Assembly: GCA_951406725.2 (NCBI GenBank)
Contig: OX597823.1
Coordinates: 25,668,001 to 25,732,000, forward strand
Origin: Octopus vulgaris
Lineage: Eukaryota
DNA length: 64,000 nucleotides
Reading direction: 5' to 3'
Shown one piece after another: positions 27,664 through 39,659 of this stretch. The notes below the pieces were generated by a model. That model made no database searches. It had not been told where the DNA came from and saw only the letters and a list, made by a program, of their open reading frames with translations. The number at the start of each line of letters is the position of its first letter. Positions within the stretch are counted from its first letter, which is position 1. Both the position numbers and the translations under genes were made by a program.

Positions 27664-30552
27664 GTGAGGGCAAATCGAAGTGAAGTTGATACCCCCGTCA
27701 ACGATGCTATCTCTGATGCCCTTTATTCTGCTTGTTCCCCAACTCCCGCCCCTCAGACTTCACAGCTCAGCATCGTCTACACCAACTCGTGCTCCTTATT
27801 CCCAAAGTTCAGTGAACTATTTACACTGACCCTACGCGACTCCCCTGATGTGATAGCTATCACCGAGACTTGGCTGACTCCAGCAGTAAAGGACTCAGGA
27901 ATCCACCTGCAGGGCTACGTCCTTTTCAGATGTGACAGAGGAAAAAGGCGAGGTGGTGGTGTTGCTGTGTATGTTAAGTCTGAGCACAAACCGTCCTGCG
28001 GTATTCTACCCACAAATGCTCAACCTACAACCAAATTCGATGCCGTCTATTGCAAGCTGAGCCTATCTGAGTTTTGCCTGCCCGTGTTGGCTGTCTACAG
28101 GCCGCCTCTAGCCGACCCCCAGGACGATGCTCATCTACTCGAGGCGATAAGATTCGTTTCAGCTTCGCATGACTGCTTGGTACTAGGCGACTTCAACGCT
28201 CCCATGATCGATTGGCCCGCATCAATTTGTACAACATCTTCCCGGTTCGGCCAGGCCCTTCTTGACGTGGCTGAAGATTGTTTTCTATCGCAACATGTTG
28301 AATATCCGACAAGGCATCGGTCTGGGCAGCAGCCATCTATGCTAGATCTGGTATTCTCCCGCTATCCAAGATCAGTGTCAGACGTATCTGTGTGCGCCCC
28401 TCTTGCCAAGAATGATCATGCGGTCCTGAAGTTCGTCATGCACACAACTTTTTCCACGCCCACGATTACTTCGCTGCCACGTAGAGTTTTCTCTGCAATT
28501 AATCTTGAAATTCTAACCGAGGCTTCCGCGCTTCTGGACTGGCGTTCCCTGATGACGTTGTCCTCAGTTGACGAACTATGGTCATCCCTCAAAGCATATG
28601 TAATCTGTTTGACTGACCAGGCAGTTCCCGTTGGACTTCCCAAGAGGAAGAAACACAAGCCCTGGGTGACGAAGAAGGTTAAACGAGAACGTCGACTCAG
28701 AGATATTGCTTGGGCTGAATTCAAAAATCTGGATTCGACTGCAGCTTTTGAGGTGTACAAAACTCAACGAGACCGAGCCGTGAAAATTGAAAAGAAAGAA
28801 CGCTTCAGTTATGAATACAAAATCGCGGCAAATGCCAGTAGCAATCCAAAAACCTTCTTTGCCCATGTCCAGCGGAATTCCCGCTTGAACAACCAGATTG
28901 TAACATTGGTAGACTCAACAGGCGTATCGATTGAGGACCCTTATCAACAGAGTCAATTATTTGCCGAGGCTTTTTCAACTATTTTCAAACAAGATGATGG
29001 TCGTGAACCCCCTCCATTTGATAGATCGGTACCTCCAATGCTTCGATTGATCATCACGCGGGACCAAGTCAAACGTGTTATTCAAGGCCTCGATGTCAAC
29101 AAGGGTCACGGCCCTGACGGCATACACCCACGGGTTATCAAAGCGTTGGCTCCGGTCATCTGCGAGCCCTTAACACGACTATTCAATATGTCATTGGCGA
29201 CGGGTGTTATACCTGCAGACTGGAGAACAGCGATAATCTGCCCAATTTTCAAGAAAGGGAGCCACGAAGACCCGCTTAACTACCGACCGGTTTCCCTTAC
29301 ATCAATAATCAGCAAGATGTTCGAAACCATCCTTAAGAAAAGTATGATGCTCCACCTCCTAAGCACAGCCTCGATCACTGATTCCCAACACGGCTTCGTG
29401 CCGAAGAGATCATGCTTGACCAACTTACTAGTAATGGAAGAATTGGTGACGCGCATCCTCGATGATAGTGATGCTGTTGACATCGTTTTATTGGACTTTG
29501 CCAAAGCTTTTGACTCGGTAAACCACCGCCTACTACTTGTCAAGCTTCAAGCATATAGTTTCCACCCGGATATTGTACGATGGGTTAGTGCCTTCCTCTC
29601 AGATCGCTCCTTCCAAGTTCAAGTTAATGGTTCGCGGTCCGACGTCTCCAGTGCGAGCAGTGGCGTGCCTCAAGGTTCAGTGCTTGGGCCCTTGTTGTTC
29701 TTAGTCTTCATAAATGACTTGCCCGACGACCTCACGCAACACACCCTTCTATTTGCCGACGATATCAAACTGGTCGCTCCTCGCGGTAGTATAGAGGATC
29801 TTCGTCGATGCCTCCACCAAATTTGGAAGTGGTCTAACGATTGGGACCTGTGTCTGAACGTGTCAAAGTGCTGTCATCTGCCTGTCGGCTCTACTCCTGC
29901 AACTCAACTTGATTTCGAGCCGGGTCGTCTGCTGCTGGAGAGGACCGATCAGGTAAAGGACCTGGGTATCTTGGTGGATTCCTCCTTTTCGCCTTCGGCC
30001 CAGTGCGTCCATGCTGCCAACAAAGCGCGCGGAATTCTGTTTTTGATTCGACGGTCATTCGGAATGCTCACAGCAGCCATATTCCTGCCACTCTATGTCA
30101 CGCTGGTGAGACCCATATTGGAGTATGGGATTCAAGCCTCTTCTCCTTATCTCCTCAAAGACATACAGCACCTCGAAAGAGTCCAGAGGCTGGCTACCCG
30201 CCTGGTTCATGGTCTCAAAAATTTGTCCTACGAAGAAAGGCTGAGGACGCTCGACCTTTATTCTCTTGAAAAACGCCGCCGCCGTGGTGATCTCTTTCTC
30301 GCCCACAACATCATAAGCGGGAAGTGTAACCTCTCGAAAGAGCTGTTCTTCACTCCTGCTCCGGAGCGTCGGCTGCGGGGTCATTCCGAAAAGCTCTACC
30401 TGCGACGATTTCATCTCAATCGAAGGAGAGGAGCTTTCTCCGTCCGGGTTGCGGATCCGTGGAACAAGCTGCCAGATGAGATGGTGAAGATGCCAACGAC
30501 CGCTTTGTTCAAAGCCTCCCTGGACCTCAAGTGGCCTGAACTCTTTACATGA
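27664..30552 (+). CDS. CR1-type ORF2, endonuclease-reverse transcriptase (962 aa, uninterrupted)
   Basis: ITETWL, GDFNAP, NDH, GPDGIHP, NYRPVSLTS, LDFAKAFDSV, GVPQGSVLGP, FADD, LRGH and WNKLP motifs. The true start codon is uncertain. Confidence 0.93.
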   Translation: MRANRSEVDTPVNDAISDALYSACSPTPAPQTSQLSIVYTNSCSLFPKFSELFTLTLRDSPDVIAITETWLTPAVKDSGIHLQGYVLFRCDRGKRRGGGVAVYVKSEHKPSCGILPTNAQPTTKFDAVYCKLSLSEFCLPVLAVYRPPLADPQDDAHLLEAIRFVSASHDCLVLGDFNAPMIDWPASICTTSSRFGQALLDVAEDCFLSQHVEYPTRHRSGQQPSMLDLVFSRYPRSVSDVSVCAPLAKNDHAVLKFVMHTTFSTPTITSLPRRVFSAINLEILTEASALLDWRSLMTLSSVDELWSSLKAYVICLTDQAVPVGLPKRKKHKPWVTKKVKRERRLRDIAWAEFKNLDSTAAFEVYKTQRDRAVKIEKKERFSYEYKIAANASSNPKTFFAHVQRNSRLNNQIVTLVDSTGVSIEDPYQQSQLFAEAFSTIFKQDDGREPPPFDRSVPPMLRLIITRDQVKRVIQGLDVNKGHGPDGIHPRVIKALAPVICEPLTRLFNMSLATGVIPADWRTAIICPIFKKGSHEDPLNYRPVSLTSIISKMFETILKKSMMLHLLSTASITDSQHGFVPKRSCLTNLLVMEELVTRILDDSDAVDIVLLDFAKAFDSVNHRLLLVKLQAYSFHPDIVRWVSAFLSDRSFQVQVNGSRSDVSSASSGVPQGSVLGPLLFLVFINDLPDDLTQHTLLFADDIKLVAPRGSIEDLRRCLHQIWKWSNDWDLCLNVSKCCHLPVGSTPATQLDFEPGRLLLERTDQVKDLGILVDSSFSPSAQCVHAANKARGILFLIRRSFGMLTAAIFLPLYVTLVRPILEYGIQASSPYLLKDIQHLERVQRLATRLVHGLKNLSYEERLRTLDLYSLEKRRRRGDLFLAHNIISGKCNLSKELFFTPAPERRLRGHSEKLYLRRFHLNRRRGAFSVRVADPWNKLPDEMVKMPTTALFKASLDLKWPELFT

Positions 30553-30639
30553 ACACCACCCTGTACTTAACTCCATGTCCCCCTACATGGCCTTGCTATT
30601 TGCTTTTGAGCCAAATTAACTAACTAACTAACATACAAA

Positions 30640-31433
30640 GAAAACCAAATCTGTTTATCTATCAGTGATTCTACTGCACCTCTTACGCGTCCATAGTCTA
30701 CACTGGGTGCAGTGAAAAGAATTACTTCCAACTCCTTTCCTACATATTGAGCCTGGCCATATACTTGATGGAAAGAGAGTATTATCTGCTTTCTTGTTAA
30801 CAACAACTTTGGTCTTTGTTAGATTAACTTTAAGGCCCTTTGATTCCAGGTTTTGCTTCTACACCTGGAATTTCTTCTCCAAATCTGCTACAGATTCTGC
30901 AATAAGAGCAAGGTCATCAATATGTAGTAGTTCCTGATGGGTATCCAGTTTTGAATTCCTTTATTACGGCCTGAAGGACTCTATGAAGAATAAGACTGTG
31001 TTGAAAACTGAACCCTGGTGAACCCCTACCTTTACACTAAATTCTTCATTGTACTTGTGGCTGACTTCAACTGTACTGACAGTACCACTGTGCATGGCGT
31101 ATACAGCTCTAACAAGCCACTCTTCTACTCCTAACTTACTTAGAGACCACCAGATAACAGAGCAAGGGACTCTGCCAAAAGATTTCTCCTTTCAGCAAAA
31201 GGTAAGTACAATGGCTTACTTTTGGCCAATTACCTTTCCTGGAGCTGTCTCACTAGGAAGATGGCATCTGTAGTACTCTTCCCAGGCACAAAACCAAACT
31301 GCATCTCATCTAGTTTAATTCTATTCCCAATCAATTGAGCTATAACTCTCTCTGCAATTTTTATGACCAGATCCAGCAGCTTGATATCTTTGTGGTTGTT
31401 TCTATCTAAGGCATCACTTTTACCCTCGTAGCA
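30640..31433 (-). mobile_element. Decayed RTE-type RT fragment
   Basis: Minus strand reads CYEGKSDALDRNNHKDIKLLD..., MQFGFVPG, VHQGSV, LHIDDL. Confidence 0.7.
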
Positions 31434-31441
31434 ACTTTATG

Positions 31442-31473
<32 letters not shown>

Positions 31474-31660
31474 TGTATGTATGTATGTATGTATGTATGT
31501 ATGTGTGCGTGTGTGTGCATGTATTCTTCATATTCGTGTGTTTGTGTGTTCATGTTTGTATATGGCCATGTGTTTCACTCTTCATTTGTGCGCGTTTGTG
31601 TGTGTGCGTTTTCTTGTCTGTCCGTATTATCTATGTTCTTATCTGTTTACTTACGTATCC

Positions 31661-31719
<59 letters not shown>

Positions 31720-31800
31720 TAAGAAAATGAAAAAAAAAAACGGATAAAAATTTATGTTCAGATGTTTTTATTTAAAGTCATTCAAATTCAGACATAGAAA

Positions 31801-31894
31801 TTCCCACCTACAGCTGTTTCCATACACAATTCTTTAATTTCAGAAATAAAATTCCATATTCAAAACCACTGAATTGGGTATATCATCGGGGAGA
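31801..31894 (-). ncRNA. Degenerate type I hammerhead ribozyme (Penelope pLTR-like remnant)
   Basis: Minus strand: TCTCC-CCGATGA-long stem II-GAAAC-AGCT-GTA-GGTGGGA; the core has a U-to-C change. Confidence 0.6.
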
Positions 31895-32110
31895 ATTACA
31901 AAAGGAAGTTATTTAACAACGTGTAGGCTAACCTACGACAAACTCAGAAGTGTTATTTTTTTTAACGCAAGTGTTCGGTAGAAACTGTCATAGCCACATA
32001 TAAAAAAATAAACAGGTTCAACACATGTTTGCTCGTGCCATTATGATACACAATAGTTCATTGATGATGTTATGACAGTTAAGATATAAATATTATCGAG
32101 AGAAAAAGAA

Positions 32111-32695
32111 TCTCTTATTATAAAAGGCAGATTTTATCTGCCTCCGTTTGGGAGTTATAGAAATCTACAATATAGGATTTCTTCAATTACAATTTACCTA
32201 GCATTTTTAAGAGTAGAATGCATCGCGTCATGCCAGGTCCAGTTTTTAAAATTTAAACTCCAATTAAGCAAAATTTACAGAAAACTCACATTCTGGTGTG
32301 TGTGTCAAATGCTTTTCTTAGTCTGGTTTACACCACACGCAAACGCACACACACAGTGTGCAACGAATAAAATGAAAGTAAATAGCGACAGAGTGATTTG
32401 AGGAAGACTAAACTGAAAGTATTTAAACCACTACTCAAAAAATAAAAAAACACAGCAAACAGAAACAAATAAATACATAACCATATTTTTCCATTTTAAT
32501 GCATTTTTTTCGCTTTTATATAAGGGAAGTAACTCTCTAAAAATATCTACGATGTGTCAACGATTTTAAAAAATTTATCTTAATTTTTTTTCAGTTTTTA
32601 ATGCATTTTTTGGCTATTTTTTGGCTATAACTCTCTAAAAATGCTTATATAGTTATTTCCCTTACCATCCGAGCAACGCCGGGCGATATTGCTAG
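32111..32695 (+). mobile_element. Non-autonomous Helitron (~585 bp)
   Basis: Starts TC(TCTTATTATAAAAGG) after an A and ends with the GC-rich hairpin CCGAGCAACGCCGGG followed by CTAG before a T; no target duplication. Confidence 0.78.
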
Positions 32696-33011
32696 TAGTA
32701 GATAAAACTAGTGAATAGGTGAGAACGTTGTAGATTAATTGTTAAGGAGAGAGCAGCTAGACACATTAATTCATCAAGCATATGCCTATCAGTAATACTA
32801 CAGATTAACAAAATATATCATATTAAACTCCACCCAACGCCATCCAAAATTGCTACGTCAATGTTTACTCAAATGCACAGCTGCTGTCAAATGATTGAAA
32901 CAAGTAAAATAAAAAAAGGACTGCAGCTGGAAGTTCTCAGATGATACCAAGGCGAAAGGAGAAATAAATTGAAAGGTATACTGAACAAATGCTCCAATTG
33001 GTCATAACCGC

Positions 33012-33430
33012 TTTATATCATACCCAAATTATCATAAATCAAATAGAAATATATATTAAAACTACAGGGCACCCAATGGTATAATCCAGCAGTATAAAAT
33101 ATACACATATACACGAATAAAAGGTGATACAACCTAAAATACGAGTGTAGTTGAACAAAGAAAAATATATGGAATAAATTAATGCATAATATAAGCAACT
33201 AAAAATTTATATTCATATATTCTAGCGCCATAGCCTTAAATTTTTAGTCACTTTTATTATGCATTAAATTATTCCATATATTCGACTTCACTCGTACAAC
33301 CTTTTTAGGTTTTATCACCTTTTATTCGTGTATATGTGTATATTTTATACTGCTGGATTTTACCATTGGGTACCCTGTTGTTTTAATCTATATTTATATT
33401 TGATTTATAATAATTTGAGAATGATATAAA
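33012..33430. repeat. ~420-bp imperfect palindrome (foldback/MITE-like)
   Basis: Arms ~33012-33210 and ~33237-33430 are reverse complements with a short loop. Confidence 0.85.
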
Positions 33431-33481
33431 GTGGTGTTGAACGATTGGATTGTTTATCATTATACCTTTCAATTTATTTCT

Positions 33482-33566
<85 letters not shown>

Positions 33567-33791
33567 AATTGGATACGTAAGTAAACAGATGAGAACATAG
33601 ATAATACGGACCGACAAGAAAACACACACACACAAACGTGCACGAATGAAGAGTGAAACACATGGCCATATACAAACATGAACACACAAACACATGAATA
33701 TGAAGAATACATGCACACACACACACGTACATATACATATACATACATACATACATACATACATACATACATACATACATACATACATACA

Positions 33792-33827
<36 letters not shown>

Positions 33828-33989
33828 TACATACATACATACATACATACATACATACATACATACATACATACATACATACATACATACATACATACAT
33901 TGCTACGAGGGTAAAAGTGATGCCTTAGATAGAAACAACCACAAAGATATCAAACTGCTGGATCTGGTCATAAAAATTGCAGAGAGATA

Positions 33990-36326
33990 TTTGGCATGGG
34001 AGAGAGAAACGAGAGAGGAGAACGTTTGGCTACCATGGCAGAGGCGAGGCAGCTCTACATCGGAAACAGCCTATTCAGGAAGAGGGAGAGGAAGAGGTGG
34101 ACTTGGATATCGCCGAACTCTAAGCACCGAAGCGAGATCGACTACATCCTGGTTGATAAGCGACGCATATTGCATGACGTCTCCGCCGTGACGCCATTCA
34201 ACACCGGCAGCGATCATCGTCTGGTAAGGGCGAGGGTCGTCATCGACGAGAAGAGGGAGAAGATGGCGTTATATTTGGCGTCGAAAGGAAAACGTGTCCG
34301 AGTCTACAACGAAGCAAAGCTGCAGGAAGCCATCATGCAGGAAGACTGGTGCCAAGGAGACGACATAGACGATTACTACAACTCACTGATAGGGAAACTG
34401 AAGGAGTGTTTAAGGAAGGCTAAGGGTGTATGCCCAAGAGAAAAGAAGGGAAAAATCTCGGAAGAAACTACGAAGTTACTCGAGAAGAGGAAAAATATGA
34501 AGAGGACTATTGAAGATCACCTTGAATATTCCATTCTCAGCAGAGTGATTCGTCAGCAACTAAAGAAAGACTTTGAGGCATACCGGATGGAGAAGCTCTT
34601 GAAGGCCGCAGAGGAAAAGAAGAGCCTCAAGAAATGCAAGAGGGACATGGTACTATATAGATCGGAGGTGACGGCCCTGAAAAATACAGATGGAATATCG
34701 GTCAACGAGAAGAACGAGATGGAAAAAGTTTGTGAAGACTTCTACACCAAGCTCTTTAAGTCTACCAGAAATGTCCAGCCGTTACCACCACTCCAACAGG
34801 AAGAAAACGTGCCACCTATCCTTGTCAGTGAGGTTGAAAGAGCCATCGGCTCGATGAAAAACGGAAAGGCTCCAGGGAAAGACGGTATAACATCGGAGGT
34901 GCTAAAGTCAGGCAGAGAGCAGCTCTGGAAAATCCTCGCTGAGCGATTTACGCACTATCTAGACGAGGGAAGAATTCCCTCGCAGTGGAAAGAGTCAAAT
35001 ACCATCCTGCTGTATAAGAAGGGCGACAGAGAAGATCTAAAGAACTACCGACCCATATGCCTGCTGTCTCACGTGTGCAAGCTGTTCACGAATATAATTC
35101 TGAACAGGTTGTCACGTCGTCTCGACGAACAACAACCGAGGGAGCAAGCAGGTTTCCGGAAGAACTACAGCACAATGGACTATATATTTGCTCTAACGCA
35201 ACTGCTTGAGCGAGCAAATGAGTACAAGCTGCCTCTTTGCGTTGCGTTTATAGATTATGAGAAGGCCTTCGATAGCGTCGAAACCAACGCAGTGCTGAAC
35301 TAGCTGCAGAGGCAAAGAATCGAAGCGCAATATGTGCAGCTGCTCAGAGAGGCAAATTCCGGATGCACCACCGACATAGCTCTACTGTCATCACCCATAC
35401 GAGTGCCGGTCGAGAAGGGGGTGAAGCAAGGAGATACAATCTCCCCAAAACTTTTCACTGCATGTCTCGAACAGATCATCAGAGGCATCGAATGGCAAGG
35501 TGGTGTCAACATCAATGGCGAGCTCCTCACTCACCTCCGTTTCGCTGACGACATCGTACTCATCGCTGAAAACATGGATCAGCTTCAGACCGTGCTGACG
35601 GAGCTCGACATCAAAAGTTCTGCAGTAGGTCTCAAGATGAACCGCATGAAAACAAAGTTCATGCGGTCAGACAATGTACCAACAGGTCGAATGGTGATCG
35701 GCAGTGATGAAATAGAAGAGGTGAGAGAATATGTATACCTGGGACAGGAAGTAAATATTTGCCGGGATATCAAAAAGGAGATCTCACGGAGAGTAAGAGC
35801 CGGATGGAAGGCGTTCAATGGCATAAGGGATGTGCTCAAGGGAAGGTTGGACAGGACCACCCGCGCCAACCTCATTAACAGTGCAGTTCTGCCTGCAATG
35901 TTATATGGTAGTGAAACATGGGCTACCACAAAGAGAGAAGAGCAAAGACTGGTAACGGCTCAAAGAGCCATGGAAAGGTCAATGCTTGGTTTCTCGTTGA
36001 GAGAGCACATAAGTAGCAAGATCATCAGAAAGAAGTCCGGCGTGAGAGATGTCATCACAGAGTATACACGCAGCAAGTATAGATGGGCTGGACACGTCGC
36101 CCGGCTCACCGATAATCAGTGGACGCACGCAGTTGTCGAGTGGTACCCGCGTGAGCGGAAAAGACCACCCGGAAGACCTCCACGACGGTGGAGTGACGAT
36201 TTCAGGAGGACGATTGGGATCCCGTGGATGAGAAAGGCGCGATCCAGAGAGGAGTGGACAGCGTGCTGTGACCAGCGGTGTCAAATGGACGCCTGACGGA
36301 CTGGTCGGTCAAAGTGATCAAAGTGA
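33990..36326 (+). mobile_element. RTE-clade LINE, 5'-truncated, with a single in-frame stop at 35301
   Basis: Same-frame ORFs 33996-35303 and 35334-36296: IDYIL, GSDH, NYRPICLL, DYEKAFD, QGDTISP, FADD, WAGHVAR; tail (TCAAAGTGA)2 then (TA)n. Confidence 0.92.
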
Positions 36327-36338
36327 TATATATATACA

Positions 36339-36389
<51 letters not shown>

Positions 36390-36408
36390 CATACATACAT
36401 ATACATAC

Positions 36409-36468
<60 letters not shown>

Positions 36469-36476
36469 GTACATTT

Positions 36477-36772
36477 GTGGAGGCGCAATGGCCAAGTGGT
36501 TAGAGCAGCGGACTCGCGGTTTTGATTCCCAGACCAAGCGTTGTGGGTGTTTATTGAGCGAAAACACCTCAAGCTCCACGAGTCTCCGGCAGTGGGGTGG
36601 TGGCGATCCCTGCTGTACTCTTTCGCAACAACTTTCTCTCACTCTTTCTGTTGGCCTGCTCGCTTAGCCAGTGGGGTGGCGTTATTTGAAGGCTAAAGCA
36701 ATGCGAAGCGCATTGTGACCAGCGATGTGTAGCAACATCTGATAGCCTGGTCCGTCACGGTGATCACGGTGA
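36477..36772 (+). mobile_element. tRNA-derived SINE with an RTE-like 3' tail
   Basis: A-box-like TGGCCAAGTGG and degenerate B box GGTTTTGATTCC; the 3' end resembles that of the adjacent RTE; flanked by (TA)n. Confidence 0.75.
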
Positions 36773-36829
36773 TATATACATATATATATACACACATATA
36801 TATACACATATATATACACACACACACAC

Positions 36830-36892
<63 letters not shown>

Positions 36893-36959
36893 TAAATATA
36901 TCTTTTTACTCTAATCTTTTTACCCCTACTCCCAATTGTACTTTTTACTCCTACTCCCA

Positions 36960-37412
36960 GTTATACTAGAAAGATTAGAAGAATAAAGCAGTACATTGCT
37001 TCCCGTAATTCTGATATTTTGCTTTTGATATTGATTTTTAATATTCGTATATTTAATATATTTCGATTTATTCCTATTCCTATTTCCTGTTATTATTCTC
37101 CAATCCATGTTAGTATGGGAAACGACTAGGTCGTTAGAAGTCCCAATACCATCAGGACAATATACCAATTTCCATTTATATCCAGCTTTACTTAGTGCGA
37201 CATTATAATAGTCGATATTTTTATTGAAAACTTCATTATTAAATGATAAATTTAAACTAAATTTTTTTACAAAACCAGGATGGTTGCTTTCAAAGTTAAT
37301 ATACCTAAGACTAGAGTTTGATATATGTTATGGATATTAACCTGTTATGGATATTAACCTGTTATGGATATTAACGGTGAAAGGAGCATTATCCCTAAAA
37401 AGACCGCCTTCT
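36960..37412 (-). mobile_element. Penelope-like element fragment (RT C-terminal part), inverted relative to the next fragment
   Basis: Minus strand reads GGLFRDN..., YINFESNHP and YYNVALSKAGY; a 17-bp unit is triplicated at ~37329-37376. Confidence 0.6.
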
Positions 37413-37475
37413 AAATCAGGAAAGTCCCTTCCTAGGATAGATAGAATATAAATCGCAACCAAAAAAAAAAAAGCA

Positions 37476-38230
37476 ATGGAGAAAATTGAAGTGGATGTTT
37501 CTAGGAGAGATGTTCCGATTCCAACCAGAAAGGAATATATGAAGGACCTTATTCGAAAAACAATGGGATTTATCCATAGATTTAGATGGAAGGCTTGCCA
37601 TTATGATAAAAAATATGATACACCAACAAGTAGCATAACTGAAGAAAAAGACCAATTTATTAGTGGATTATTTAAGATAAAAGAATACCTGTTACCAACT
37701 GGTCACCATGCCAGTTTTGAGGATGAATTATGGAAGATTATTAGAAATGTAAAATTTAAAATGCATCCCCTTAGAGGTAATGGACACTTGAAAGAACTGA
37801 AATGCATCATATCAGAACTTGGAAATAAAAGCAGAGTAATTGTTCACTCAGATAAGATTGGAAACTTGTATAATCTGGACATAAACTACTACCATGAGCT
37901 TTTGAAAAAAAATTGCAAAAAGTTATAAAATCTCTAAAAGGAGTATGTTGAGAACTACAAACTTAATTTCTAAACAAATTATGGAAAATTACAAATTAGA
38001 TGATAAAACTGAACCTTTTGTTCCTAAAAGACAGAATTATTTTAAAAGATCATAAGGAGAATTTTTATAGTAACCCTAAAGTTAGATTGATTTGCCGAGG
38101 TAAATTTGACTTGGGTAAACTTAGTAAAGCAATTTTAGATAAGTATATTCCTGTTCTTAAAGATAATGTAAGATTGCAACTCTGGTCTAATTCCTATAAG
38201 GCAATTGATTGGTTTAATAGAATTAAATTT
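37476..38230 (+). mobile_element. Penelope-like element fragment (N-terminal/RT start)
   Basis: VPIPT...FIHRFRWKA, HSDKIGNLY, LKDHKENF..NPKVRLI and QLWSNS..IDWF motifs. Confidence 0.7.
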
Positions 38231-38640
38231 AATAGTGCATGCTGGTAGCACAAACCTTGAAACTTTTCAGTATTAAATTGCATGCTATTCTTCTCAGCAC
38301 ACTTGTATATTTCATGCAACTCGCATTGTAGGTGCATAGCACCTTCAGGGTTCTGCATCACGTGTGAGATTTTTGTACCATATGCATAACTTGTGATCGT
38401 GGCTCTCTGTGTGGCTGACAGCATATCTGAGAGGGCCATTATGAACAGTAGTGTGGCCCCAAAACAGTGCCTTGCAGAACACCGCTCACTATTTGCTTGT
38501 CATTGGAGGTGACCCCATTGGCTACTACCACCTGACTTCTATCCTTCAGAAAGTCATGCAGCCTTTCTCCAATTTCATGACTATGTCGAGATTTCACGCA
38601 GTTTGGGACATATCATTCCATGATTGACTTTATTGAAATT
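38230..38640 (-). mobile_element. Decayed CR1-type RT fragment
   Basis: SGVLQGTV..., SYAYGTK (from YADDTK), NSMQFNTEKF. Confidence 0.65.
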
Positions 38641-38856
38641 TAGATCCAATTAATTTTAATAATTTCGAATTTATTATTATCGATTTAAAGATATAGTCAC
38701 AAAACGCGCGTAGTCAATTCAATGTTTATTTAATTTACTGATTTTCAGAGTAATATTTATTATATTTAAATATTTTCTTTATGATTTAATATAGATATCT
38801 TTCACTATCAATTGAATTACTTAATAGAGGCTATTTCTTTTAATTATATACATACG

Positions 38857-38922
<66 letters not shown>

Positions 38923-39659
38923 TATATTTATATATATTTTATATATATATATATATACATATATATATTTATATATATTTATATATATATATATATATAT
39001 ATACATATATATATTTATATATATTTATATATATATATATATATATATATAACATTTTAGGGTGGTATATATAAAATGCTGCGGAGCCACTGTTGAAACA
39101 AAATCCTTCGCACGAACTTATCATTATTATTATTTTTATTCCACGCAGAACCATAATTTCTTTCTTCAAAATCTTTTTATTTATATATTTTTCACTGTGT
39201 GAAGTTCAATTCTGTGTTAGAGTTTCAGTTTTATCAGACATTTTTTTCTTCTGCATTCTTTTTTTATATGTATTTTCCACTGTGTGTATATTACTTTTCC
39301 CTGTATGAAGTTCAAATCCCAACCTGGGATTTTTCACGTTTCTTCCACTGCGTGAGCTCCGAGTCCTCGTTGCCACTGATATGTCCCGCATTATAACGAC
39401 GTCCTTTCGTCGTCTGCCTGATTGGATCGTACAACTTCCCTCACTAACTGCGTTTCTTTTATTTGGCTACATGGGACCAACAAAGGGAGGACAAACAAGA
39501 CCAGACAATACATAAAAGGAGGGGGAGTCATGTCGGATGATTTACAATGATATGAATTTTAAAAATTTAAACATGATTTTAAAATTCTTATGTGATTTCA
39601 AGGATCCAGTTGACTACCGACGTCCGACGTGATACTTTTTGCTTTTCCCCTGGCTCTAC

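Larger units (their letters stand above)
25916..30632 (+). mobile_element. CR1-group LINE, apparently full length and young, with a (TAAC)n tail
   Basis: 5' UTR, ORF1, intact ORF2, short 3' UTR ending aattaactaactaactaac; possible ACATAC target duplication at 25910-25915 and 30631-30636. Confidence 0.85.

Noticed and set aside
36477-36545. tRNA gene
   Set aside because: Only A/B-box-like remnants with an internal deletion, continuing into a SINE body.
31439-39169. Many ORF-track entries made of YI, MYVC, HT or IYLS repeats (also at 19712-22303 and 49768-50206)
   Set aside because: They are translations of (TA)n, (TATG)n, (CA)n, (GATA)n and (TAA)n microsatellites, not genes.
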